Origin: Clostridia bacterium
GTDB lineage: Bacteria > Bacillota > Clostridia > UMGS1840
Direction: 5' to 3'
Assembly (NCBI GenBank): GCA_045540295.1
Contig: JAZQGY010000013.1
Span: forward strand, 3,251 to 67,250
Length of the DNA: 64,000 nt
Under the pieces are notes generated by a model. It made no database searches. It saw only the letters and a list, made by a program, of their open reading frames with translations, and had not been told where the DNA came from. The translations under genes were made by a program, and so were the position numbers. Shown here one piece after another: positions 1-9,136 of this stretch. The stretch's first letter is position 1, and each line of letters begins with the position of its first letter.

Positions 1-6
1 GTCATT

Positions 7-906
7 GTGGGAAACACAGTAATGCTTCACTTTTTAACAAATCAAAGTGTGATACCCTTAGGGGAAGCACCTTACACACCTGCCGATTTGTTTGGAAAAG
101 AATACGACCTGTCTGGGGTTTCCTGTTATCTTGCCCCCTGTATTTCCGCCTTTGTGGGTGCAGATATCACTGCAGGAATTCTGGCGTCCGGTATGACGAA
201 AGCCAATCAATCCGCTATGTTGGTGGATTTAGGCACCAACGGAGAGATTGCTTATTTTGATGGCAACACCTTATATACCACTTCCACTGCGGCAGGGCCT
301 GCCTTTGAGGGAGCAGGTATCTTTATGGGAATGCCGGCAAAACCGGGTGCAATTGATCAGGTTATTTTTGAAAACGGTGTTATTTCACACCATACCATTG
401 GTGAAGCCTCCCCCCGTGGCATTTCCGGAAGCGGAATTGTGGATGTGCTTTCGGTTATGAAACAATCAGGCGTACTGGAAGAAAGTGGACACCTTGATGA
501 AAAGCACCCTCTGTGCCAACGGGATTTTCACGGAAAACCCTGTTTTCCGATTCCCGGTACCGAAGTCATCATCCGAGCATCGGATATCCGAAAACTACAG
601 TTGGCAAAAGCAGCAATTCATGCAGGAATGTTGACGTTGGCAGAGCAGGTAGATACTCTGTATCTGTCGGGTGGTTTCGGCTCTAAAATTAACTTTGAAA
701 ATGCCGAAGTAATCGGGTTATTACCAAAAGGCTTTTCCAAAGCTAAAAAAGCACTGGGCAACACTGCCCTCTTTGGCGGAACCCTGGCGTTGTTTTCAAA
801 GGATGCACGAAAGAATATGTATGAGCTATCAAAAACTGCCAAAACAATTCCTTTACATCAAAACCCGAAATTTACGGAACATTATATTGAAAAAATGAAT
901 TTTTAA
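7..906 (+). CDS. ASKHA-domain protein (DUF4445 / RACo corrinoid reductive activator family), probably 5'-truncated by the window edge
   Basis: Motifs FVGADITAG, VDLGTNGEI, STAAGPAFEG, GISGSG, DIRKLQLAKAAI, SGGFGS, GNTAL; the reading frame is open back to base 1. Confidence 0.8.
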   Translation: MGNTVMLHFLTNQSVIPLGEAPYTPADLFGKEYDLSGVSCYLAPCISAFVGADITAGILASGMTKANQSAMLVDLGTNGEIAYFDGNTLYTTSTAAGPAFEGAGIFMGMPAKPGAIDQVIFENGVISHHTIGEASPRGISGSGIVDVLSVMKQSGVLEESGHLDEKHPLCQRDFHGKPCFPIPGTEVIIRASDIRKLQLAKAAIHAGMLTLAEQVDTLYLSGGFGSKINFENAEVIGLLPKGFSKAKKALGNTALFGGTLALFSKDARKNMYELSKTAKTIPLHQNPKFTEHYIEKMNF

Positions 907-908
907 AC

Positions 909-941
909 AAAAAAAACGGAGTGATGAATCACTCCGTTTTT
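909..941. terminator. Bidirectional intrinsic terminator
   Basis: A-run, ACGGAGTGAT-GA-ATCACTCCGT, T-run between convergent genes. Confidence 0.85.
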
Positions 942-954
942 CTTTCTCAAAAAA

Positions 955-2019
955 TTAGTCTAAAATATACACATTCACGGTTCTTCTACCAAACTGCATA
1001 CATTCGGAATAAGAATCCATAAACAGGTCCACACGGTTCCCTTTAATCGCTCCGCCGGTATCTCCCGCAACGGCATAGCCGTATACAAAAGAGCCGTCTG
1101 CAGACTCAATATAAAGCTTGGTGCCTAAAGGAATGACCTTCGGGTCCACCGCAACAACGCCACGTTGCGCTCTCATACCGGATGCAGTGATGCCGTAGCC
1201 TCTGTCTCCGGGACGCTTTCCGCAACTTTCATAACTTAAGTCATAGGCAGTTGCGTTCATCGGAATCATACGGGAATAGGTGATGCTTTCACGGTTAACA
1301 CTACCGCCACGGTAACTGATACCTGCGGTAACAGTGCCGTATTCAACCACCTGGTTCACAGGTGTTTTCACCACTTTTTCTTCCGCCACAGTTTCATGAA
1401 TCACTTCGCCGTTTCTCCAAACCCGCATATAAGAGGTTTCCTTCAGCCCGTTTTCCCCTTCTGTTTTCACAGTGGTCGAGCCTGCATCTGCCTGATAGTT
1501 GGGAACAGACACGGTTTTAAAGGGAATCTCTTCGGTTTTTACCACATACTCAACCTCGGATTTTGCTAGAACAATCTGCATATCCCGGGTTAGCTCTGTT
1601 TCCACAGACGGAGTGATCATATCAAATTCATTCAACGCAATATTGTTTTCTCCCAAAAAGTCGAGAACGGTTCCCGCAGTAGTGTAAAACTCAGCTTCCT
1701 GACCGTTTACATCAAACTTCACGGGAACGGCACGGTTTACATATAAAACCTGACCGTGATATGCTTTGTCATATAAGTTTGCGGAAATTTCATCTTGTTC
1801 GTGTAAGGTGATGTCAGCCTGATCCAACACACCTTCCACATCTTTTGCAAACATAAACACTTCGGTCTGTTTGCCGTCGATATCAATCACAACATTTTTT
1901 CCAAAACAAGTGGCGGAAAACAAAATTGAAAGAACCGCAACCGCTAAAAAGACGGTGCACATCATAAACTGTGACTTAGCAGTGTAGGCCCGTATGTGAG
2001 CCATAGCTGTTTTCATCAA
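955..2019 (-). CDS. YabE/SpsB-like cell-wall protein (DUF348 repeats, G5 and 3D domains)
   Basis: N-terminal TM, DUF348-like repeats, G5 (EEIPFKT...PVNQVVEYGT), 3D domain (ATAY, AVDPKVIPLGT, DTGGAIKGNRVDLF). Confidence 0.9.
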   Translation of the reverse strand: MMKTAMAHIRAYTAKSQFMMCTVFLAVAVLSILFSATCFGKNVVIDIDGKQTEVFMFAKDVEGVLDQADITLHEQDEISANLYDKAYHGQVLYVNRAVPVKFDVNGQEAEFYTTAGTVLDFLGENNIALNEFDMITPSVETELTRDMQIVLAKSEVEYVVKTEEIPFKTVSVPNYQADAGSTTVKTEGENGLKETSYMRVWRNGEVIHETVAEEKVVKTPVNQVVEYGTVTAGISYRGGSVNRESITYSRMIPMNATAYDLSYESCGKRPGDRGYGITASGMRAQRGVVAVDPKVIPLGTKLYIESADGSFVYGYAVAGDTGGAIKGNRVDLFMDSYSECMQFGRRTVNVYILD

Positions 2020-2088
2020 AATAAATTTCCCCCTATTTTTTTATTAGCCGTTTTCTTCCCGAGATAGTGTTCAGATTTGGGAAAGATG

Positions 2089-2117
2089 ATTACATAAAAT
2101 GTTACAATTCTGTTACA
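2089..2117 (-). promoter_or_regulatory. WalR-type direct-repeat box
   Basis: Minus strand TGTAAC-N5-TGTAAC-N6-TGTAAT matches TGTWAH-N5-TGTWAH, upstream of a peptidoglycan-remodelling gene. Confidence 0.65.
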
Positions 2118-2186
2118 TCGTAAAGACGAAAATTTCGGTTGAAATTTGCCTTCAAAACAGCCCTTTATTTTTTTCGGATTGTTCCC

Positions 2187-2215
2187 ATAATAACACAAAA
2201 ATGCCCATTTGTCAA
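2187..2215 (-). promoter_or_regulatory. SigA-type promoter for the 3D-domain gene
   Basis: Minus strand TTGACA-17-TATTAT with a TG extension. Confidence 0.7.
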
Positions 2216-2472
2216 GCTTTTTCGGGTTTTTGATGTTTTTTTGACAATTTCCGACAAGCTAAAAATACACCTAATTCCGCTAATCACAAGGGATTATGCT
2301 TTGTAAAAAAAATTTAATATTTTTTGTGAAAAATGTTATTTTTTACTAATAATTATATACAAAATGGACAATTTTATACCAGTTGCCGTAAAAAAACAGA
2401 TGCCCCGTTTCTAGGCAAAACTTCACACGGTTTTGTAATCCAAAACAAGGATTTTTTTTGTTTTAAAAACAC

Positions 2473-2505
2473 AAAAAAAGCACCCCTTCACAGGGTGCTT
2501 TTTTT
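2473..2505 (-). terminator. Intrinsic terminator after nifU
   Basis: AAAAAAGCACCC...GGGTGCTTTTTT hairpin. Confidence 0.8.
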
Positions 2506-2528
2506 AATGATATTCTTATCATCAAAAA

Positions 2529-2972
2529 CTATTCTTCACTTTCGCAACCGTGGTCATGACCGCAACTTCCGCAGCAGCCGGTACATCCGCCGCCCGGAAC
2601 TTCACGTCCGGTTTTCACATAATAGTCCTGAATGGCTGCTTTGATAGCTTCTTCTGCCAACACAGAGCAGTGAATTTTTGCCGGTGGTAACCCTTCTAAA
2701 GCTTCCACAACAGCTTTATTGGTAATAGAAAGCGCTTCGTCCAAAGTCTTTCCGATAATCATTTCAGTTGCCATGCTGCTGGTTGCAACCGCTGCACCGC
2801 ATCCGAAGGTCTTGAATTTGGCGTCTATAATCACGTCATTTTCAATTTTCAAAGAGATTTTCATAATATCTCCGCATTTGGCATTACCAACCTGTCCAAC
2901 GCCGTCTGCACCGTCTAATTCGCCCACATTACGAGGATTTTGGAAATGATCCATTACTTTTTCTGTATACAT
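2529..2972 (-). CDS. nifU: Fe-S cluster scaffold NifU/IscU with a Cys/His-rich tail
   Basis: MYTEKVMDHFQNPRNVG, GNAKCGD, KTFGCGAA, LPPAKIHCSVLA. Confidence 0.95.
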   Translation of the reverse strand: MYTEKVMDHFQNPRNVGELDGADGVGQVGNAKCGDIMKISLKIENDVIIDAKFKTFGCGAAVATSSMATEMIIGKTLDEALSITNKAVVEALEGLPPAKIHCSVLAEEAIKAAIQDYYVKTGREVPGGGCTGCCGSCGHDHGCESEE

Positions 2973-2988
2973 AAATATTTCTCCCTTC

Positions 2989-4176
2989 TTAGTTGTTTTC
3001 TAAAGACATATCATAAATCGGAGACATCAACCGTAACCGATGCACAATTTCCTTTAATTTAGCTACTGTGTAATCAAGCTCCTCTTTCGTAGTATTGGCA
3101 GATAAGGTCAGTCTCAGAGAACCGTGAGCAATTTCATGAGGAAGCCCTAACGCCAACAATACATGAGACGGATCCAGCGAGCCGGAAGTACAAGCAGAAC
3201 CGCTGGAAGCACAAATACCGTTAATATCAAGCATTAAAAGCAGAGATTCTCCTTCGATGTAACGGAAACAGAAATTCACGTTATTCGCTAGGCGCTGCTC
3301 TCTGTGACCGTTAAACTGAATATAAGGAATGTTAGCTTCGATTTCAGAAATCAGATAATCTCTCATTTCTTTGATTTTAGCCTGTTTTTGAGGAAGTGTT
3401 GCCACGGAAATCTCCAAGGCTTTCGCCAGGCCTACAATCCCTGCTAAATTTTCCGTACCTGCACGTTTGGAACGTTCCTGAGCACCGCCATGCATAAAGG
3501 GAATCATTCGAATACCTTTTCTGATAATAAGAGCCCCAACTCCTTTAGGACCGCCAAATTTGTGTGCAGACAGAGAAAGCATATCTACACCAAGTGCCTG
3601 AAAATCAATGGCTTCTGCCCCAACTGCCTGAACGGCATCGGTATGCATACAAATTCCGTGCTCCTTGGCAATTTTGGCAATGTCTGCAATGGGTTCAATG
3701 GTACCCACTTCATTATTTGCATACATCACAGAAATCAGAATTGTAGTATCTTTAATGGCGTTTTTCACATCATCCAGGGATACCAGCCCTGTTTCATCGA
3801 CAGGAAGATAGGTCACTTCAAAACCGTTTTTTTCTAAATATTCACAAGGATGAAGCACTGCGTGATGCTCAATTTTAGTAGTAATAATATGGTTACCCTT
3901 CTGGCGATTTGCCATTGCATAACCCTTAATAGCCCAGTTATCTGCTTCGGAACCGCAGCCGGTAAAATAAACTTCAGCGGGCAAACAGTTCAAGCTTTTT
4001 GCCACGGAGCTTCTGGCGTCTTCCAGCATTGCTTTGGCATCCTGCCCTACGTGATACACAGAAGAAGCATTCCCATAGGTATGTTTCATTACCTCGGTCA
4101 TTGCATCAATCACTTCAGGATGCATCGGTGTGGTCGCTGCGTGATCCAGATAAATTGTTTTGGTCGGACGATTCAT
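2989..4176 (-). CDS. nifS: Cysteine desulfurase NifS/IscS
   Basis: YLDHAATTP, HTDAVQ, SAHKFGGPKG, SSGSACTS; start moved to the ATG after AAGGAGGA. Confidence 0.95.
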   Translation of the reverse strand: MNRPTKTIYLDHAATTPMHPEVIDAMTEVMKHTYGNASSVYHVGQDAKAMLEDARSSVAKSLNCLPAEVYFTGCGSEADNWAIKGYAMANRQKGNHIITTKIEHHAVLHPCEYLEKNGFEVTYLPVDETGLVSLDDVKNAIKDTTILISVMYANNEVGTIEPIADIAKIAKEHGICMHTDAVQAVGAEAIDFQALGVDMLSLSAHKFGGPKGVGALIIRKGIRMIPFMHGGAQERSKRAGTENLAGIVGLAKALEISVATLPQKQAKIKEMRDYLISEIEANIPYIQFNGHREQRLANNVNFCFRYIEGESLLLMLDINGICASSGSACTSGSLDPSHVLLALGLPHEIAHGSLRLTLSANTTKEELDYTVAKLKEIVHRLRLMSPIYDMSLENN

Positions 4177-4198
4177 CGTCACTTTCCTCCTTACAATC

Positions 4199-4238
4199 AA
4201 AAAAGGCCGCTGATCAGACTTTAGTCATCAGCGGCCTT
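4199..4238 (-). terminator. Intrinsic terminator-like hairpin between the GT2 gene and nifS
   Basis: AAGGCCGCTGAT...ATCAGCGGCCTT, with a U-run on the minus strand. Confidence 0.7.
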
Positions 4239-4270
4239 CCTGTCAGTTTCGTATCAGCAAAGGGAAATGC

Positions 4271-5509
4271 TTATTCCACTTCTTTGATGCTGATGGTTCT
4301 GGTGTGTTTGGTATGGAACCATTCTTTTTTGTTTTTCTTTGCCACACCGATAAATGCAATGGGCATCCAGGTGTAGGTAAAGATTAAGTACGGAATATAG
4401 TATACCGCCGTTTTGACTGTTAATTTCTTTTCTAACCACAAAATGGCAGGAATATAAGCAAGTTGACAAAAATACAGGAAAGTCCAAATCAACGGTGTAC
4501 CAAGATCGGTAAAGGTGAACCAGATTTTGGTATCCGGATAGAAGCCCTGAATCGTGCTGAGCACAGAAGTGATTGCCAAAGTCATCATCAAAAGGGGCTG
4601 TGAAAGATAAATCACACAGTCTAAGAAGCAAAGCTTTCTTTCCTTGAAAAAGCTTTTTAAAAGCTTCGGAACAAATCGGGATGCAACGTCTGCATGGCCC
4701 TGTGTCCAACGGACTCTCTGTTTCCAGGATTGAGATAAAGTCAACGGTTTTTCGTCATATACAATGGCTTTTTCAGCCCATCCAACCAGAATGTGCTGCT
4801 GCAGAAGCTTCATCGTGAATTCCATATCCTCTGCCAAACAGGTAGCACCCCAACCGAATTTCTTAATAATATCGGTTTTTAATGCAAAACCGGTACCGTT
4901 TAACTGATTGGGCAAGCCTGCATGAAATCTTGCTGTCTGATAAATTTTGTTCATACAGCTGAACGTAATCGCATAAGAAGCGGTAACCCAGGTATCATAG
5001 GGATTTTTAGTTTCAATGTATCCCTGAACAGCTTCATATCCCTGACAAAGACGCTTGTTGATTTCGTTTAAGAATTCTGCGTGAGCAATATTGTCGGCAT
5101 CAAAGACGCAAATTGCATCATATTCTTTATCCCCTTCAAAAATTTTATTGAAGGCCCAATCCAGTGCGTACCCTTTTCCGCGCTGTTTATCGTTGAAACG
5201 CTCTAAAGCAATAGCTCCGGCATCTCTGGCAATTTCAGCGGTTTTATCGGTACAGTTATCTGCAATCACATAAATATCGTATAAATCGTTATCATAATTT
5301 AATGCAGTGAGACTTTCCACCATATTTCTGATTACGCTCTGCTCATTATGCGCAGCAACCACCAATGCAAAGGTGTGTTTTTTATCCACCACAAAAGGTT
5401 TTTCCTTTCTGGGGAACCATGCAAAGATAGAGACTACAAAATGATATCCTGTAATCAAATAGGCAAAAACTTGAATTAAAAAGCTGAGTGTGTAAATAAC
5501 AGACTGCAT
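4271..5509 (-). CDS. Family 2 glycosyltransferase, membrane-bound processive type
   Basis: AHNE, DNCTD, GKGYAL, FDAD, AED and QRVRW (D,D,D,QxxRW), plus TM helices. Confidence 0.9.
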   Translation of the reverse strand: MQSVIYTLSFLIQVFAYLITGYHFVVSIFAWFPRKEKPFVVDKKHTFALVVAAHNEQSVIRNMVESLTALNYDNDLYDIYVIADNCTDKTAEIARDAGAIALERFNDKQRGKGYALDWAFNKIFEGDKEYDAICVFDADNIAHAEFLNEINKRLCQGYEAVQGYIETKNPYDTWVTASYAITFSCMNKIYQTARFHAGLPNQLNGTGFALKTDIIKKFGWGATCLAEDMEFTMKLLQQHILVGWAEKAIVYDEKPLTLSQSWKQRVRWTQGHADVASRFVPKLLKSFFKERKLCFLDCVIYLSQPLLMMTLAITSVLSTIQGFYPDTKIWFTFTDLGTPLIWTFLYFCQLAYIPAILWLEKKLTVKTAVYYIPYLIFTYTWMPIAFIGVAKKNKKEWFHTKHTRTISIKEVE

Positions 5510-5692
5510 CTTTTTTTCTCCTTTTAATTTTGGTTTTCCAACGCCGTAATCTCTACGGACGCACTTCTCTTTTTACCATCATAAAATATACCATATTTCT
5601 GAAAAAAAAGCAAGTGATTTTTCAAAAAAAATGCTAAAAATTGATTAATTTTATTCATTTTGTCAAAATGAATAGAATTTTCAAAAAAACGC

Positions 5693-5721
5693 TGGACAAA
5701 TTGTGCATTTTATTGTATAAT
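5693..5721 (+). promoter_or_regulatory. SigA-type promoter for radA
   Basis: TGGACA-17-TATAAT. Confidence 0.6.
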
Positions 5722-5796
5722 CGATTAGGTAACTACAACATAATCCATTATATAATTATGAATGGTAAACACGCCCTAATGCGAAAAGGATCTGAG

Positions 5797-7176
5797 ATGG
5801 CAACAAAAACTGTTTTTGTGTGTAATGAATGCGGATATGAGAGTTCAAAATGGCTGGGTAAATGCCCTGCCTGTTCAGCGTGGAATTCTTTTTTTGAACA
5901 AAAAATTTCCAAAACAAAACCGTCTGCATCCTGTTTTGTCCGTGAACCGCAAAAGAGTGAGTCTATCCGAACAGTAGACTTAACGCCGGTCCCCCGAATG
6001 GATTCCGGATTTTCGGAATTAAACCGAGTGCTTGGCGGCGGTATTGTGCCCGGGTCCGTGTGTTTATTAGGCGGCGACCCCGGAATTGGGAAATCCACGT
6101 TACTGCTGCAAATTTGCAGCAATCTTGCAAAGAACGGTGAACGGGTGCTTTACGCATCGGGAGAAGAATCTAAAACCCAGATTAAAATGCGTGCTATACG
6201 TCTTTGTGCCTCGGAAGAAGAAATTTTTCTGTATGCCGAAAACGAGCTGAACGCTATTATGAATGAGGCACAAGCTGTAAAACCGGGTATTCTTGTGGTG
6301 GATTCCATCCAAACAGTTTACTCCGAAGAAATCACCTCTACCCCCGGAAGCATTTCCCAGGTAAGAGAATGTACCATGAGGTTGATGCGTTACGCTAAAG
6401 AAACCAACACTTGCGTGTTTATTGTGGGGCATATGACGAAAGACGGAATGATTGCCGGCCCTAAAGTGCTGGAACATATGGTTGATTGCGTGCTTTATTT
6501 TGAAGGGGAAAAGCAATCAGCGTACCGGATTATCCGAACGAACAAAAACCGTTTTGGTTCTTCCAATGAAATTGCCGTTTTTGATATGCTCTCTGACGGT
6601 CTTTCCCAAATCACCAACCCTTCTGAACTGTTTATCGGCGGACGGGTGAACGGTGTATCGGGAAGTGCTATTGCGTGTACTTTAGAAGGGAGCCGTCCCA
6701 TTTTAGCGGAAGTGCAGGCATTAGTTTCCAAAACCGCCTACAATAACCCCAGAAGAAGTGGCACAGGCATTGATTTTAACCGACTCCACTTGATGATTGC
6801 TGTGCTGGAAAAACGGGCAGGACTCAGTATGCTGCCTCAGTCAGATGTGTATGTGAATCTGACCGGAGGGCTATCGGTATCAGAGCCGGCCTGCGACCTT
6901 GCCATTGCGATGGCAATTGCTTCCGGCGTAAAAAACCTGCCGTTGATTTCTGACTGTGCCGTATTTGGTGAAATCGGCCTTTTGGGAGAAATCCGTTCAG
7001 TCAGCGGTATTGAAAAAAGAATTTCAGAAGCAGAAAAGCTTGGGTTTACCCGTTGCATTCTGCCCTATCATAACTATACATATATAAAGGCATCAGATTT
7101 CAGACTGGAATTGATTCCGGTAAGAAGTATTTTAGATGCTTTTCAGAAAGGATTTTCAACGCAATCTGATTTTTAA
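5797..7176 (+). CDS. radA: DNA repair protein RadA/Sms
   Basis: C4 zinc finger CNECG...CPAC, Walker A GDPGIGKST, KNRFG motif, Lon-like C-terminus. Confidence 0.97.
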   Translation: MATKTVFVCNECGYESSKWLGKCPACSAWNSFFEQKISKTKPSASCFVREPQKSESIRTVDLTPVPRMDSGFSELNRVLGGGIVPGSVCLLGGDPGIGKSTLLLQICSNLAKNGERVLYASGEESKTQIKMRAIRLCASEEEIFLYAENELNAIMNEAQAVKPGILVVDSIQTVYSEEITSTPGSISQVRECTMRLMRYAKETNTCVFIVGHMTKDGMIAGPKVLEHMVDCVLYFEGEKQSAYRIIRTNKNRFGSSNEIAVFDMLSDGLSQITNPSELFIGGRVNGVSGSAIACTLEGSRPILAEVQALVSKTAYNNPRRSGTGIDFNRLHLMIAVLEKRAGLSMLPQSDVYVNLTGGLSVSEPACDLAIAMAIASGVKNLPLISDCAVFGEIGLLGEIRSVSGIEKRISEAEKLGFTRCILPYHNYTYIKASDFRLELIPVRSILDAFQKGFSTQSDF

Positions 7177-7197
7177 CGAAAGGGACAAGCCGTTTCC

Positions 7198-7770
7198 ATG
7201 GATGAAAAAGAACTGATTAGACAATTAAAAAACGGCAATGAAGAAGCTTTTAACGAAATGGTGGAACGCTATTCGAAAAAGCTTTATTACCTGTGCTTAA
7301 AAATGCTGCAAAATGAAAGAGATGCTGAAGATACTGTGCAGACTGTCTTTTTAAAAGCTTATATGAATCTTCACAAATTTGAAGAAAAGTCCAGTATTTC
7401 CACCTGGCTTTATCGGATTGGCGTCAATGTTTGTACGGATATGCTTCGGAAACGAAAAAAAGAAACTGTGACTTCCCTATACGCCACCGGCTCTGAGGAT
7501 GAAGAATATGCCCTGGAAATTCCGGATGAAAAGGAAAATGTAGAAAAAACTGTGCTGGAAAGAGAAAGAAAAGAAGCCTTATACCAAGCAATCAACACCT
7601 TAAAGCCGAAGCAGAAGGAACTGATTGTGCTAAGGGACATCGAAGGGCTTTCCTATGAGGAAATTGCCGACATTTTACACATGAATACCGGCACCGTAAA
7701 ATCGGGAATTAACCGTGCCAGAAAAGCACTTTTGGAAAAATTAGAAAAAAATACGGAACTTTTCTCGTAA
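7198..7770 (+). CDS. ECF sigma-70 factor
   Basis: DAEDTVQTVF, STWLYRI, region 4 LSYEEIADIL...GTVKSGINRAR. Confidence 0.93.
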   Translation: MDEKELIRQLKNGNEEAFNEMVERYSKKLYYLCLKMLQNERDAEDTVQTVFLKAYMNLHKFEEKSSISTWLYRIGVNVCTDMLRKRKKETVTSLYATGSEDEEYALEIPDEKENVEKTVLERERKEALYQAINTLKPKQKELIVLRDIEGLSYEEIADILHMNTGTVKSGINRARKALLEKLEKNTELFS

Positions 7771-7782
7771 TGCTTCGTCTAA
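7755..7782 (+). promoter_or_regulatory. ECF-type promoter overlapping the 3' end of the sigma gene
   Basis: GGAAC-N16-CGTCTAA (the AAC/CGT ECF signature). Confidence 0.75.
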
Positions 7783-7834
7783 ACCATCGAAATAGGCATT
7801 ACATAAATAAAAAACAAAAAAGGAGGGATGAATT

Positions 7835-8671
7835 TTGAAGTGTAAACAAATTGTTGAGCTCTTTGACAGTTATGTAAACGGCACAGCAGATGCCGGTGTA
7901 AAGCAGGCGATTGAAGACCATTTAAAAACTTGCGATGCCTGTAGAAAACAGCTAGAGCTTTACCGTTTTTACTTCCAAGATGTGAAAATCGAAAACGATT
8001 TTCCCGTTCCTTCCGATTTGAATGCTAAAATCAAATATGCTATTCATCAAACAAAACAAAAGAAAAAAATTCCCTTCTGGCAAAACAAAAGAATTCTTTC
8101 TGCTGCCACAGCCTGTGCCTTTCTGCTTGTAGCAGGAATTTGGGGAACTTCCAATTACACTAAGCTACAAAATGCAGCAAACACAGTAACGGTAGAAAAC
8201 ACTGCTTCCATCACAAAAGAAACGGATGAACCGCCTTTGGCAACTCCGGAAGTGGTGCAATATACCAGACAGATTCCGGAGCCTTCGGTAACAACGCCAA
8301 CCAATGCCCCTGAAGTTGCTGCAATAGAACCTCTATCTGATCATTCCACTCAGATTGCAGCTTATGCCGGCAATGAAGAAGCCAATAGCGGCGGAGGCGG
8401 TGAAGTAAATCAGGATTCCGGAGACACTATCGCAACAAACGAAGAAGCATTTACCTTAAAAAGAAATATTGTGGCAACGGAAGATGTTACCGTTTTAGCA
8501 GAATGGAAAGAGCAAATTCTCTCCCAATTCCCCAATGAAGAGCTTTCTGAAAACACTTATTTGGTTACCGTAACAAAACCGGAACTGGAAGCCCTCTTAG
8601 GATGCTCCATTGATGCAGACGAAAATAAAGCTCAGCTGATTCTGCGGTTTGTGGAATCAAACGAACAGTAA
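7835..8671 (+). CDS. zf-HC2 (ZAS) transmembrane anti-sigma factor
   Basis: C...HLKTCDAC (HxxxCxxC), one TM helix, low-complexity extracellular part; follows the sigma gene. Confidence 0.88.
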   Translation: MKCKQIVELFDSYVNGTADAGVKQAIEDHLKTCDACRKQLELYRFYFQDVKIENDFPVPSDLNAKIKYAIHQTKQKKKIPFWQNKRILSAATACAFLLVAGIWGTSNYTKLQNAANTVTVENTASITKETDEPPLATPEVVQYTRQIPEPSVTTPTNAPEVAAIEPLSDHSTQIAAYAGNEEANSGGGGEVNQDSGDTIATNEEAFTLKRNIVATEDVTVLAEWKEQILSQFPNEELSENTYLVTVTKPELEALLGCSIDADENKAQLILRFVESNEQ

Positions 8672-8708
8672 AAGAACTGTGTTTTTTAAAAACGCGGTTC
8701 TTTTTTTA
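8670..8708 (+). terminator. Intrinsic terminator after the anti-sigma gene
   Basis: AAGAACTGTGTTT...AAACGCGGTTCTT plus a T-run. Confidence 0.7.
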
Positions 8709-8718
8709 TAATTTTTTT

Positions 8719-8746
8719 CACAGGTTCTCTGTGTTTTCATATATTA
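8719..8746 (+). promoter_or_regulatory. Possible SigK/SigE sporulation promoter
   Basis: CACA-N15-CATATATTA resembles the mACm...CATAnnnTA consensus. Confidence 0.45.
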
Positions 8747-8798
8747 GTGGTGAAGGGTGAATTCTTCACTCAAAAATTATGAAAAAGAGGGATTTGTT

Positions 8799-8933
8799 AT
8801 GCAATTATTCAGAGGTTGTAAAGAAGACGGCTGCAAAGATAACACCATTTTATGGTTTATCATTCTGTTTGTACTGTTATTCTTCTGCGGTGGCTGCGGC
8901 ACTGATACCAGAACCAATAGCTGCTGCGACTAA
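8799..8933 (+). CDS. Small Cys-rich hydrophobic peptide, 44 aa (not in the ORF track)
   Basis: AAGAGGG RBS; MQLFRGCKEDGCKDNTILWFIILFVLLFFCGGCGTDTRTNSCCD. Confidence 0.75.
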   Translation: MQLFRGCKEDGCKDNTILWFIILFVLLFFCGGCGTDTRTNSCCD

Positions 8934-8977
8934 TTCCATAGGCATCGCCAGATGAAATTCTAAAAGGAGTGCTGTAA

Positions 8978-9121
8978 ATGAACGGTTTATTCCAAAACGA
9001 TAACTGTTGTCGCGTAGACCCTTGCTGCGACAACAACTACCGTAACGGTTGCGATAATGATAACTGGCTCACCATTATCATTATTATTGCAATTATCTTA
9101 CTGTTTTGCTTCAATAACTAA
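8978..9121 (+). CDS. Small Cys/Asn-rich hydrophobic peptide, 47 aa (not in the ORF track)
   Basis: AAAGGAG RBS; MNGLFQNDNCCRVDPCCDNNYRNGCDNDNWLTIIIIIAIILLFCFNN; followed by a terminator. Confidence 0.78.
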   Translation: MNGLFQNDNCCRVDPCCDNNYRNGCDNDNWLTIIIIIAIILLFCFNN

Positions 9122-9136
9122 CCAGCAAAAACAACG

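Noticed and set aside
2020-2220. c-di-AMP (ydaO) riboswitch before the 3D-domain gene
   Set aside because: Expected in this context, but I could not find the conserved core motifs
8799-9121. RiPP/bacteriocin precursors (Cys-rich, one GG)
   Set aside because: No radical SAM, LanM, peptidase-ABC or immunity genes nearby, and the long TM-like segments fit membrane or spore microproteins better
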